Assembly: GCA_965223905.1 (NCBI GenBank)
Contig: CBDCXV010000002.1
Coordinates: 416,001 to 480,000, forward strand
Reading direction: 5' to 3'
From: Candidatus Latescibacterota bacterium
Lineage (GTDB): Bacteria > Latescibacterota > UBA2968 > UBA8231
DNA length: 64,000 nucleotides
Shown piece after piece: positions 1 through 9,637 of the stretch (the first letter of the stretch is position 1; each line of letters starts with the position of its first letter). The position numbers and the translations under genes were made by a program. The notes under the pieces were generated by a model that had not been told where the DNA came from, made no database searches, and saw only the letters and a list, made by a program, of their open reading frames with translations.

Positions 1-132
1 CTAAGTGCTATTGCCATAAGTTACCTTCCCCTTTATTGAGAAGGGCGGGCAACTGGTTCCCGAGACCCGAGAGCCGATCCACAAAAGGAGCCCTGATTAA
101 TCCAGCGCCCGCCCTAAACGAAAGGAACACAA

Positions 133-246
133 ATGCCTTCTGAGTTATATCAACCTTCACCCGAGCTTGCAGTAATAGTCGGTGATATGCCGCTGTCCTG
201 GGTAAAGATCATGGAGATAGTAATGCGATCACATCAAGGAGAATGA
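133..246 (+). CDS. 37-aa mini-ORF resembling the N-terminal part of a SWIB/MDM2 domain (possible remnant)
   Basis: ATG at 133 after GAAAGGA; translation MPSELYQPSPELAVIVGDMPLSWVKIMEIVMRSHQGE; PSPELAxIVG resembles SWIB. Confidence 0.3.
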   Translation: MPSELYQPSPELAVIVGDMPLSWVKIMEIVMRSHQGE

Positions 247-341
247 CCTTGACAGATTGCCTAATGTTGTCACGGATGCCGCTCTACGGTCCCTTACTGG
301 CGACCGAGAACAGCTATCCGCGAATGAGCTAACCAGGGTCA

Positions 342-902
342 TTAAAGCCCACGTGACCCCAACGGGAAGAAAGGTGTAGACTGCTTAACCCTTCCCCAAG
401 TTGTTGTTCTTACTGCGGTTGTCGCACTTCTGGTAAGGACTATCTCCCCTGTGTCGGTGGATAACGACAATTCGTCACCTTCCAGGATATACCCGAACGT
501 CGCCGGTCCGAACTCGGGACCTTCCCCGATAAATTCATTTGCCAGCTCTACGACAACAGAATCACTCGGAACGTCGAGTCCGGCATCCTCGAACTGCTTC
601 CTGACGAACGTCTCTACGTCGAGCCCGTCTACCAGTATCTCAGGTTCGGAAGTCGGTAGAAGGGACAAGATGTTGCCCCCGGAAATACTATCCTCTCCGG
701 TGCTCCAGGTTCCCTCGACAACGGTTTCCAGGGTGGCGGAAAAGTCATCGGCAGAGACTTCCGCCGTAATCGTCAAGGTGAATGCCTGTCCGTCCTTGAC
801 GGATAGGTCGAAGGCTTCACCGGTGCTCATGGTGCCGCTCCAATCTCCCTGTAGCTGAGCACTGGCGATAGCTGGTAACAAAAATAAAAACAAGTACTTC
901 AT
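342..902 (-). CDS. Secreted protein with C-terminal TAVRTTTWGRVK motif
   Basis: Start re-called at MKYLFLFLL (ATG 902, GGAG upstream); signal peptide with ASA cleavage site; acidic beta-rich body. Confidence 0.75.
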   Translation of the reverse strand: MKYLFLFLLPAIASAQLQGDWSGTMSTGEAFDLSVKDGQAFTLTITAEVSADDFSATLETVVEGTWSTGEDSISGGNILSLLPTSEPEILVDGLDVETFVRKQFEDAGLDVPSDSVVVELANEFIGEGPEFGPATFGYILEGDELSLSTDTGEIVLTRSATTAVRTTTWGRVKQSTPFFPLGSRGL

Positions 903-1033
903 TGTGGTTCTCCAATAAGGCATCCTGTGTGCTTCAGATACCCGGTTCTGAGGATAGGGGTGTCAACGGGGCAGGGGGGCGAATTCGGCTCCCCTGTCAC
1001 AAACGATATAACCTCGCGAAAGGAGGTTGTCAA

Positions 1034-1225
1034 ATGGATCAGGAACAGTTGAAGTGTGCCCGTATCGCCGTCGGCATGAAGCAGTGGGAGTTAGGCGTTG
1101 CCCTTGGCGTCAGCGAGGCGGAGATATGCCTGTGGGAGAAGGGAAAACGGAAGATGCCGGAACGGTATCTAACCCTGATGGGAGCGATCATACACCACCT
1201 GGAACACGGGTTGATTCTGTCGTAA
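1034..1225 (+). CDS. XRE/Cro-family helix-turn-helix protein
   Basis: AGGAGG at 1021-1026, ATG 1034; LKCARIAVGMKQWELGVALGVSEAEICLWEKGKR is a typical HTH_3 pattern. Confidence 0.8.
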   Translation: MDQEQLKCARIAVGMKQWELGVALGVSEAEICLWEKGKRKMPERYLTLMGAIIHHLEHGLILS

Positions 1226-1598
1226 CCTGTTGATTTTACGGTATTTGTGGTATAACCGTATAAAATTATTGCGCCGCTGCCAGGGATACCATATTATTGG
1301 CTCGTCAGCTTCGCTTGCGTAGGAACCTCCGTTAGTCGGGTTCCTGCCTGAATACAATAGCCATCATAACCGACCACGGGGTAGCGCACCTATGGTCTGG
1401 CGAATAGGGTAGACCTTCCCGCTCTCTACGCGGCGGAGTTGACAGAGCCCGGCACCAACGGTTGTCGGAAATCTGTCAACTTCACATAGTCCGGGCCGTA
1501 GTCGTCATCATCGTAATCAGGTTCCTTCAGCAGAATCTGGTCATCCTCTCTCTGGCGGCTACGGCCTTTTCTATGCCTTGCGGGAAGGGTCCGAACAA

Positions 1599-2114
1599 AT
1601 GGCTATCTACGTCTTGCTGTTACTGCTTACAGGATGTTCCAGCTATGTCACCAAGGAAGAACTCCCGGAACTAATCGGATCGTATCTCAAATCACATAGC
1701 GGGAGAGTCACTGCACATACTCTGTATGCGAGAGAAATACGCCTTATGCCTTTTCCTCAAAATTATTTGTATGAGGATGGGGAGAGTCCGGGAGGAGTAA
1801 TATTAAAAGTCAATAATGAAGGATTTACGCAGTTTCTTATAAGCTCTCCAGGAGGAAGGATATATCTGGATGCAGATGATAAGGGAGGAACTTTACAGGT
1901 ATCCAATACATCCGAAAATGGGGGAGGAGCTACAATAATGAGCCAAGAAAATTCGTCATTCATATTAATTCGTCCAGGGAAGGATCTGGATAGAAATTCA
2001 ATTGCGTTAAGCTCTGAGAAGAATATTAAATCTAAGTTCTTTGGAACTCGAATTTTCGCAAACGATCATAGGGGAAGAGCTAAGACGATATATAGATCAC
2101 GGCCAATTGATTAG
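1599..2114 (+). CDS. Putative lipoprotein, unknown function
   Basis: MAIYVLLLLLTGC lipobox; low-GC coding stretch. Confidence 0.6.
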   Translation: MAIYVLLLLLTGCSSYVTKEELPELIGSYLKSHSGRVTAHTLYAREIRLMPFPQNYLYEDGESPGGVILKVNNEGFTQFLISSPGGRIYLDADDKGGTLQVSNTSENGGGATIMSQENSSFILIRPGKDLDRNSIALSSEKNIKSKFFGTRIFANDHRGRAKTIYRSRPID

Positions 2115-2129
2115 AAAGAGGGGGAGAAA

Positions 2130-2438
2130 ATGAAGCCAACTGAACAGGCAATCCTACGCAAATACAAAACCGAGCTAATCGAAGAAGTAGGAAATACTAA
2201 AAACTCTACCCACCTAAGAACACTATCCGCAAGAATGTTCTTGGAAATTGATGCCTTAGATCATCCTAATGAGATGTCTGTATTAATTAAGTCAATTAAC
2301 AGACACACTCGGGAAACTCCTACTCACCTACGTTCCATCCAGACTACGCTTGAGTCTCTTGAGTGTAGCCTTGCGGAACTCGTGAGCTTTTTGAAATCTG
2401 ATAAGAAAGTCAGTCCAAAGCCTGTCTCTACCACATAA
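2130..2438 (+). CDS. Hypothetical protein
   Basis: 102-aa ORF with GAGGGGGAG RBS directly after the previous gene. Confidence 0.55.
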   Translation: MKPTEQAILRKYKTELIEEVGNTKNSTHLRTLSARMFLEIDALDHPNEMSVLIKSINRHTRETPTHLRSIQTTLESLECSLAELVSFLKSDKKVSPKPVSTT

Positions 2439-2867
2439 AAAACCCTGCAATCTCGGGGGCGGTTTCTTTCTCCGCTCGTAGTTCTGCATTCTCTTTCTGC
2501 AAGCGGACAATCTCTTGCCGCATCTTCTTTGCAGCTTCTTTGTGCAAGTTCATTGTTTCATCTTTTCCGCTCCACAAGTAGGAACGTCCTACGCCGGAGC
2601 ATTTACGCAGGCAAGGAGAATGTCCTATGCCTACCTGGGTGGTTATCGTGCTTGAGGTGGCCCTGGAGCTAATCCAGATCATCTTGAAGTACGGAGCCTA
2701 ACGGCTAAGGGACAGTGAAGCCAGGGATATGAGTTTCGCTGTCTCTTTTTTTAGCTTAGATGTTGAAGAACAGCAACAACCTAACTGCCCGCTGTTGAAT
2801 ACCACTATATAGTAGTATAAAGGGGGCAACAATTTGACAAGTGTCGCCGGACAGCGTAGTACTTAGA

Positions 2868-3054
2868 GAGACGGAGCGGAACAGACGGGATTTCGGGACC
2901 GGATTCCGATCCCTGGCTACAATATCAGGTTGTAGCGTACCAGCCCTCAACGGGCGTTGAGAGCGTGAAAGCTTCGTTTTCTCGGTTATCAACCATACGG
3001 CAAGCCGTATCGGAACGAGAAAAGTCGCTTTAGCCGCCTGCCCGCTACCGTCTC
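2868..3054 (+). ncRNA. Candidate structured RNA or ssDNA element (multi-branch) upstream of the transposase
   Basis: Outer stem GAGACGG-AGCGG (2868-2879) / CCGCT-a-CCGTCTC (3042-3054) enclosing at least 5 stems; TTGACA at 2834-2839; strand uncertain. Confidence 0.4.
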
Positions 3055-3068
3055 AAATAAAGGGTAAA

Positions 3069-4010
3069 ATGTTCTTAAATAAATGGAATAATCTGGTAAA
3101 ATCGCAGCCGGAAATACTCGGTCCTGCGGCACTGAACAGTGTTTCTATCCGGGAATTTTTCAGCCGCTTCCCCGACAAAACCACATCGGAACAATGGTTT
3201 GAACGCTTGCGTTGGGGGGAGGATATCCTATGTCCTCACTGTGACGCTATCCCGTCTGAATGTCCGCAACGGCGACCACAACCGTATTGGTGTGGTGTCT
3301 GTCGGCGGCGGTTCTCTGTGCGAACTGGCACCCTGATTGAGGGGTCTCCTGTGTCCTTTCAGGATTGGGCATTTGCCTTATACCTCCATGTAGTATCGCC
3401 GATTAACGCAGTCCAGTTACAGGGTTATCTCGGGATAAAGCAAGCAACTACTTGGTTCATGCTGCACCGTCTACGTTGTGCCTGGCCAGACCCGGAACCA
3501 CTTCGCGCGAAGGAAGCGGAGGTTGATGAAACCTATTTCGGCAGTGGCCGGGGAACGGCGGGCAAGACTACCGTTATCGGCATGAAGGACCGACATACAA
3601 AACACGTCGCGGCGGAAGTAATATCCAGTCTCGACAAGGCTGCCGTGCAGACATTTATCCGGCGCCATCTTCACAGTCAGGGACGGCTGTTGAGTGATGG
3701 CTTCCGCAGCTACACACGCTTCCGCTGGGTAAGCCTGCATGAGACAGTAGAACACCAAGACGGGGAGTATGTCCGGGGAGACGTGCATACCAACGGCATG
3801 GAATCATTCTGGTCGGGTCTGAAGCGAGCATACTACGGCGTTTATCACCATTTTCCCGAGAAGCATTTTCAACTCTACCTGAATGAGATAGTCGGCAGGC
3901 ACAACCTGCGTGACCGGGACACGACGGAGAGGATGAAGTATCTTGGGGAGAGGTTGGTTAGAGGGGGAGAAGGCGGTTTGATGGGACACGATTCGTGCCC
4001 CTTGTCCTGA
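3069..4010 (+). mobile_element. IS1595-family (ISXO2-like) DDE transposase
   Basis: Zn ribbon CPHC..CGVC, FSVRTGT, EVDETYFG, LSDG, HTNGMESFWS, YLNE motifs; C-terminus looks non-canonical. Confidence 0.9.
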
Positions 4011-4104
4011 CGTAACTCAGGTCGTCCCTACCCTTCATCCGGGTAGGAAAGATTCGCGCCCTGTCTTGTGTAATGGCTTGAATCTTTGGCACCTTCTCCC
4101 CCTC
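3961..4104. repeat. 144-bp element with perfect 13-bp terminal inverted repeat and internal hairpins (MITE-like or structured RNA)
   Basis: GAGGGGGAGAAGG 3961-3973 / CCTTCTCCCCCTC 4092-4104; inner stems CCTGA/TCAGG, CCTACCC/GGGTAGG, AAAGATTC/GAATCTTT. Confidence 0.55.
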
Positions 4105-4111
4105 CTAATCC

Positions 4112-4140
4112 TTGACATACATCGACGGGTGGCGTACAGT
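4112..4140 (+). promoter_or_regulatory. Sigma70-type promoter
   Basis: TTGACA (4112-4117), 17 bp, TACAGT (4135-4140), upstream of ORF 4210. Confidence 0.6.
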
Positions 4141-4209
4141 GGAGGCGATCTGGATTAGCTCCAGAGCCACCTCAAGCACAATGACCACCCAGGTAGGAAA
4201 GGGAACCCG

Positions 4210-4581
4210 ATGACCGGATCAACTTTGGAAACAGTACGGAAAGAACTACTGAAACTATTGGAGAGGCAGAGTAAGGACGATAATAATCGGCTTCGGGCTG
4301 CGGAATTGCTTATCAAGATGGAAAAAGACAGAAATATCTACGAAAAGCTTGAAACTATAAAGGGAGTCGATGCGGCAACTGTATCCACTATATTGGCAAT
4401 TGTGATGTCTATTGACCCTGACAAAGTCCAGGAGATTGTCTCATTCCTTAAAGAGAAGGTCGAAAGCCCTCCTAAACAACTCGGTACGACTGTCTCTATC
4501 GACGCCTTCATCTATAGAACAAAAAGCATCATCGATTCTTTTGAAATTATCGGAGGCCCCGTCAATAAGGCTACTCCGTAA
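4210..4581 (+). CDS. Hypothetical protein
   Basis: 123-aa low-GC ORF with purine-rich RBS and an upstream promoter. Confidence 0.6.
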   Translation: MTGSTLETVRKELLKLLERQSKDDNNRLRAAELLIKMEKDRNIYEKLETIKGVDAATVSTILAIVMSIDPDKVQEIVSFLKEKVESPPKQLGTTVSIDAFIYRTKSIIDSFEIIGGPVNKATP

Positions 4582-4751
4582 ATCTTCCTGCCATCCATCC
4601 TGTAACCTGTTTCGTGGTGTGTCCATGTTCGCTCCTTTTTGTATTATCCAGAGAATCAGTGCTCTACTGAAAATCCTTCGGTATTATTTCTCGTAGAACG
4701 TCGATTGAGCCCCTTTTCGGGGAAAATTGCGCTGTTAAGCGGATAGGTCCC

Positions 4752-5459
4752 GCTGAAACGACCGATGCCCTGGAACAGCGCGCGAATCCCGTTCTGGTAT
4801 CCATTGAATGCTTCGAGGATGGTGTCGAGGTGCTGGGACGCAATCGGGGCTTTGACCTTGCTGCCGTCTAGCAACTGAATCTCGAAGCTCCTGTCGTCCT
4901 GGTCAGCCTCGGGCACCGCACCTCGTATCGAAACTTCCTCGGTCAGTTCCTTCACTTTGGGCGACGCAAGGACCAGCCGTCGCCGGACGTCCCTGGTGAG
5001 CCTCGCCGTGGTTTTGTGGTCCGGACCATCGAATAAAACCGCTTCACCCTCCTTCAGGCTTCGCCCCAGCTTGTCGAAGTAGCCCAGCGTCCCCTCCGGC
5101 AGATGCGGCTCGATGGGACGTTCGTCTTCCGCTGCACTGATAGCTTGGATGATCGCGTCGCGCGCGTAACCGGAATAGGTCTGGCTGACTGCCGGGAGCA
5201 AGGTCGGCGGTTCCGAGGTAATTCGGATTTCCAGGGATGCACTGCCGGGATTAATCGCCGCGAGCCTCAATTGGATGTTCTTCGTGAAGCCACGGGGTGA
5301 CCGCTGACGGTTCGGGTGATCCGTGAGGAATTTGGACTTGGCCACTTCAACGACCATTTCTTCCAGCACCGCGACATCTTTCAAGAATTCCAGCGGGACG
5401 GAGTGGTCGTCGTAGCGCGCACCGACGAGGTGCAGGCGCATGAAAGGTTCCGTGCTCAT
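4752..5459 (-). pseudogene. Hypothetical gene coupled to hsdM, 3'-truncated at the island junction
   Basis: Start overlaps the hsdM stop (ATGA); GC-rich codon usage ends abruptly near 4751 and the ORF reads through into island DNA to 4656. Confidence 0.6.
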
Positions 5460-7441
5460 GAAGTCACCTCCCGCAGCAATCGCATGATCTTTTCCTCCGC
5501 CTTCTTCAGATCCGCGTCGATCTCCTCCAGCGGTCGTGGCGGTGTGTACTTGTAGAAGTGGCGATTGAAGTTGATCTCGTAGCCGACCTTGTCCTTGCCG
5601 CGGTCCATCCAGGCGTCGGGAACGTGGGGGGCTACCTCCCGTTTGAAGTAGGCGTCGACGTTGTCTTTAAGCGGCACGTTCTCGAAGTCGCGCAGCTTGG
5701 TGTCGGGCTCGCAGCCTTTCTCCCGGCCATCCTTCCTTACCTGCTCGGCCTGCGGATCCTTCTCGGTGAAGACATCCCGGAAGAGATTCTGTTCCGCCTT
5801 CTTCCAGCGCGATTGACGCTTATGCAGAAGAGTCGCAATTCTCCCCCATGCCGCATTCCAGTCGTGCTCCGGCTCTCGCCCCAACTCTTTGTCGATGGCC
5901 TGCACATCGTCGAGCAGGTACGGGCAGGCGTCGAGGAAGCGGGCCTTGTCTTCTATAGTCATCCGGTAGCGCAAGCGCAGGGGTTGCTCCACGGTCACGC
6001 GTGTGTAGCCGAAGTCGTCGTTGTCGAAGACCCTGGAGCGATCTCCGTCCTCAAAGCGGCCGTATAGCCGCACGATCTCCTCGATCTGCTCTGCGGCGAT
6101 GTGGCGGCGCTTGTCGCCAAGGCTGCGCATGTTGTCTTCACCCCCGCCCGCGGTCCACAAGTCGCGGGCGTCGAGGAGCTGAATCTTTCCCATCCTGCGC
6201 TCCTCCTTGCGGTTGGTGACGATCCAGACGTAGGTGCCGATGCCGGTGTTGTAGAACATCTGCTCCGGCAGGGCGATGATGGCTTCGAGCCAGTCGTTCT
6301 CGATGATCCACTTGCGAATGTCGCTCTCGCCGGAGCCCGCGCCTCCGGTGAAGAGCGGCGAGCCGCTGAAAACGATAGCGAGCCGCGAGCCGTGTTTGTG
6401 TTCCCTCGGCCGCACGGGTTCCCGCTTGTGCCACATGTGCTGCAGGAAGAGCAGCGAGCCGTCGTTCACGCGCGGAAGCCCTGCCCCGAAACGGCCCTCT
6501 AATCCGAGCTTGTCGTGTTCGCGCTGGACCTCATTCTTCTGCCTCTTCCAGTCCACGCCGAAGGGGGGATTGGTGAGGAAGTAGTCGAAGGTCTCGCCCT
6601 CGAACCGGTCCTCGGTCAAGCTGTCGCCGAAGCGGATGTTGTCGCCGCCGCCGTTGTGGTCGACCTGCTTCATCAGCATGTCGGAGGCCGCGGTGGCGAA
6701 GGCGCGGTTGTTGTAGTCCTGCCCATAGACGTAGAGCCGTGCCGAACCGTGGTGGTCTCGCAAGTCGTTCTGCGCTCCGGCCAACATGCCGCCCGTTCCG
6801 CATGCAGGGTCGAGGAGCTTGCGCACAGTGCCGGGTGTGGCGAGCAGTTGGTCGTCGTGAATGAAGAGGATGCTCACCATCAACCGGATGACCTCGCGCG
6901 GCGTGAAGTGGTCGCCCGCGGTCTCGTTCGCCAGCTCATTGAAGCGGCGGATGAGATTCTCGAAGAGAAGTCCCATTTGCTCGTTCCGGACCCTGCCGGG
7001 GTGCAGGTCCACATCGCAGAACTTCGAGGCGACGAGGTACAGGATATTGGCTTCGCGCATCTTCTCGATCTCCGTCTCGAACTCGAAGAACTCGAAGATG
7101 TCGCGCACGTTGGCCGAGAAGCCCTGGATATAGCTGACGAGGTGCTGGGCGATGTTGTCCGGATCGCCTTTGAGCTTCTGGAAATCGAGGTCTGAGTGGT
7201 TGTGGAAGCGCTGGCCCGCGGCCCTGTTCAGCCTGGCGTCGAGCGCGTCGCCGTCGAGTCTGCCGCGCCAGCGATCATATTCGGACTGGACCTTCGGCTT
7301 GCTCGGCGCCAGCACGCAGTCGAACCGCCGCAACACGGTCATGGGCAGCATGACGCGCTCGTACTGCGGCGGGCGGTAGGGACCGCGCAGCAGGTCGGCG
7401 ATCTGCCAGATCAGGTTGGCGAAGTAGCTGTGGTCAGGCAT
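5456..7441 (-). CDS. hsdM: Type I restriction-modification system methyltransferase subunit M
   Basis: IWQIADLLRG N-terminus, GDHFTPREVI, DPACGTGGML (motif I), NPPF (motif IV), KVGYEINF C-terminus. Confidence 0.95.
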   Translation of the reverse strand: MPDHSYFANLIWQIADLLRGPYRPPQYERVMLPMTVLRRFDCVLAPSKPKVQSEYDRWRGRLDGDALDARLNRAAGQRFHNHSDLDFQKLKGDPDNIAQHLVSYIQGFSANVRDIFEFFEFETEIEKMREANILYLVASKFCDVDLHPGRVRNEQMGLLFENLIRRFNELANETAGDHFTPREVIRLMVSILFIHDDQLLATPGTVRKLLDPACGTGGMLAGAQNDLRDHHGSARLYVYGQDYNNRAFATAASDMLMKQVDHNGGGDNIRFGDSLTEDRFEGETFDYFLTNPPFGVDWKRQKNEVQREHDKLGLEGRFGAGLPRVNDGSLLFLQHMWHKREPVRPREHKHGSRLAIVFSGSPLFTGGAGSGESDIRKWIIENDWLEAIIALPEQMFYNTGIGTYVWIVTNRKEERRMGKIQLLDARDLWTAGGGEDNMRSLGDKRRHIAAEQIEEIVRLYGRFEDGDRSRVFDNDDFGYTRVTVEQPLRLRYRMTIEDKARFLDACPYLLDDVQAIDKELGREPEHDWNAAWGRIATLLHKRQSRWKKAEQNLFRDVFTEKDPQAEQVRKDGREKGCEPDTKLRDFENVPLKDNVDAYFKREVAPHVPDAWMDRGKDKVGYEINFNRHFYKYTPPRPLEEIDADLKKAEEKIMRLLREVTS

Positions 7442-7539
7442 GTCATCACCTTCGCGGGCTTACCGCGTCAGGGATCCCAACGAAAAACCGTCAACACTAG
7501 AAATTTACGAAACACCCTAAGCCGCGCCTCCGCCCGCCG

Positions 7540-8592
7540 CTACCCGTAGCGCACCCCGGTCGGAATCACCCCGGCATCCTCCCCCAGCTGCAGGGCCTCG
7601 GCCGCCTCGACCAGGCTCAGCAGGTCGTGCTTCGGCTCGAACCCCAGCAGCCTGTTGATCTTGCCGAGGTCGAGCTCGAAGTAGTTGGGCGTCGGCACCT
7701 TCGCCTCGACGTATTCCATGCCGTAGCGCTCCGCCAGGAAGGGGATCGCCTCCCCCCAGTCGAACAGGACGGCGCCGCCGAGGTTGAAGATCTCGCCGAC
7801 CGCCTCCTCGCGCTCGAGCCCGAGCAGCAGGCCGCCGGCGATGTCGCGGACGTCGGCGAAGGGCTGCTTCTGCGGCACGCCGTTGGGGTTGAGCAGCACG
7901 ACGAGCTTCTCCTCCCCCTGCCACAGGGAGCGGATGCGGTCGTACATCTCGCGCTCTTCCCGGGTTTCCCCCTCTGCCTCCCTGTAGCGCTCGTACAGGT
8001 CGCTGAGGAAGAAGCGGTACGGCCTGCCCTCGACGTCGAGGAACTCGCTCGGCTCGATGATGGAGGCGAAGCGGAAGACGCTGGCCGGTACCCCGTACTG
8101 GCGCTGGTAGCACATCGTCAGCTCCTCCCCGATCCGCTTGGTCATGAAGTAGGGCATGTCGCAGTACTCGGCGGTCATCTCCTCGGTGATGGGCTGCTCG
8201 AAGTAGCGGCCCTGGTAGGGCGTATCCCAGTAGACGGCCTCGGTGCAGGCGTAGGCGAAGCGGTGCAGGCCGGGCAGCTCTTCGCGGATCGCCTCGAGCA
8301 GGTTGAGAGTGCCGTTGGCGTTGATCTCGAGGTATTCGCGGTGGCTGAAGGGGGCGGCGAAGGCCGCGGCGATGTGGTAGACGGCGTCGATTCCCTGCAG
8401 GGCGGCGCGCACGTCGTCGAAGCTGCGCAGGTCGTCGGTGACGCTTTCGACGCGCTCGAAGCCGTCGAGCTTGTGGGCGCGCGAGGCGTCGCCGGGATAG
8501 ACGAAACTGCGCACGTGGTGGCCGGCGTCGAGCAGCGCCAGTACGAGGTTGGCGCCGACCCGGCCGGTGGCGCCGGTTACGAGGATTTTCAC
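7540..8592 (-). CDS. NAD-dependent epimerase/dehydratase
   Basis: GTG start at VKILVTGATGRVG; YxxxK (YFMTK). Confidence 0.88.
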   Translation of the reverse strand: MKILVTGATGRVGANLVLALLDAGHHVRSFVYPGDASRAHKLDGFERVESVTDDLRSFDDVRAALQGIDAVYHIAAAFAAPFSHREYLEINANGTLNLLEAIREELPGLHRFAYACTEAVYWDTPYQGRYFEQPITEEMTAEYCDMPYFMTKRIGEELTMCYQRQYGVPASVFRFASIIEPSEFLDVEGRPYRFFLSDLYERYREAEGETREEREMYDRIRSLWQGEEKLVVLLNPNGVPQKQPFADVRDIAGGLLLGLEREEAVGEIFNLGGAVLFDWGEAIPFLAERYGMEYVEAKVPTPNYFELDLGKINRLLGFEPKHDLLSLVEAAEALQLGEDAGVIPTGVRYG

Positions 8593-8830
8593 GGGAAGTC
8601 CTTGGGTGCTGTGCGCCGCAGGTCCGAAGGCGGGCGGGCAGGAAGGGGCGCGGGTGGGAGAAGGCAGGGGAACCAGGGGCCTGGTGATGGCCGGAAATTC
8701 GAGAGGGCCGCAGGGATCTGCGCAATCCCGGGCGGCCTGTCGCGGCCGGTGTGGATGCGCCTGCCGGTGGAGATGCGGCCGTCCGCGGCAACACCGGGCA
8801 TGCCGGTGCGGACAGAACGAAGGGCCGCGG

Positions 8831-9628
8831 CTAGTGGCCGCGATGCGCGTACGCATCCGGGTCGCGGTCGACCTCGGCGACCAGGGCCTCGATGAAGTCG
8901 CCGATGGGAAACAGCCGGCAGTAGGAGTCGCCGGCGCGCCCGCGCCGCAGGCGGCCCTGGCGGTCCCACCAGGCCCCGAGGATCTCGCGGTCTATGCCCG
9001 GGTAGGCCGCCTCCGGGTCCTCCTCGAGCATCCGGTTCCAGCGTATGACCTCGACGAGGTGGATGTAGGTCACGGTGTCGTAGGTGGTCCCGAGCATCAG
9101 CAGCTTGCCGCCGCGCTCGTACGCCCGGTTCATCGGCGAGTGGGTGCCGTAGGTGCGGCCCCACGGCGGGTAATCCCAGATCGACACGAGCCCCTCGTTC
9201 TCGAGGTGACCGGCGACGAACGCCTCGGCCTCCTTGCCGCGGGCGGCGACCGCGTGCGAGTAGTGGTCGGAGCGGAAGGTGCCGGGCATGAGCCGGAAGT
9301 ACTCGGTCAGCCAGCCGACCGTGGACGGGGTGGTCGCGTGGTCCCAGAGCTCGGCTCGGCCCTGGCGCAGCCGGTAGCGCTCGGAAAGCCAGGGATCGGC
9401 GGAGATTTCCGGAGGCGCCGGCTGCGACGGTTCGCGCCAGATCAGGTGGAACGACGGCATGAGGATGAGCCCCTCGGGGCCGACCGCGTCCTCAAGGGCG
9501 GCAACCACAGTGCGGGCGTTCCCCTTGACCGGCCCGAGGCTCTTGAAGGAGGAGTGGACGAACAGGATGTCCCCGGGCTCCACTCCGAGAGCGGTGAAGT
9601 CTCCGGCCAGCCGCTGCCGCGTGTACAT
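8831..9628 (-). CDS. AAC(3)/YokD-family N-acetyltransferase
   Basis: GDILFVHSSFKSLG, GLILMP, RSDHYSHAVAARG, TYIHLVE motifs. Confidence 0.88.
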   Translation of the reverse strand: MYTRQRLAGDFTALGVEPGDILFVHSSFKSLGPVKGNARTVVAALEDAVGPEGLILMPSFHLIWREPSQPAPPEISADPWLSERYRLRQGRAELWDHATTPSTVGWLTEYFRLMPGTFRSDHYSHAVAARGKEAEAFVAGHLENEGLVSIWDYPPWGRTYGTHSPMNRAYERGGKLLMLGTTYDTVTYIHLVEVIRWNRMLEEDPEAAYPGIDREILGAWWDRQGRLRRGRAGDSYCRLFPIGDFIEALVAEVDRDPDAYAHRGH

Positions 9629-9637
9629 GGCCCCTCT

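Noticed and set aside
2428-2682. Minus-strand 84-aa ORF
   Set aside because: Only a short coiled-coil-like segment; too little support to call a gene
8831-9628. Aminoglycoside resistance gene
   Set aside because: AAC(3) fold only; context is a metabolic operon and substrate cannot be inferred
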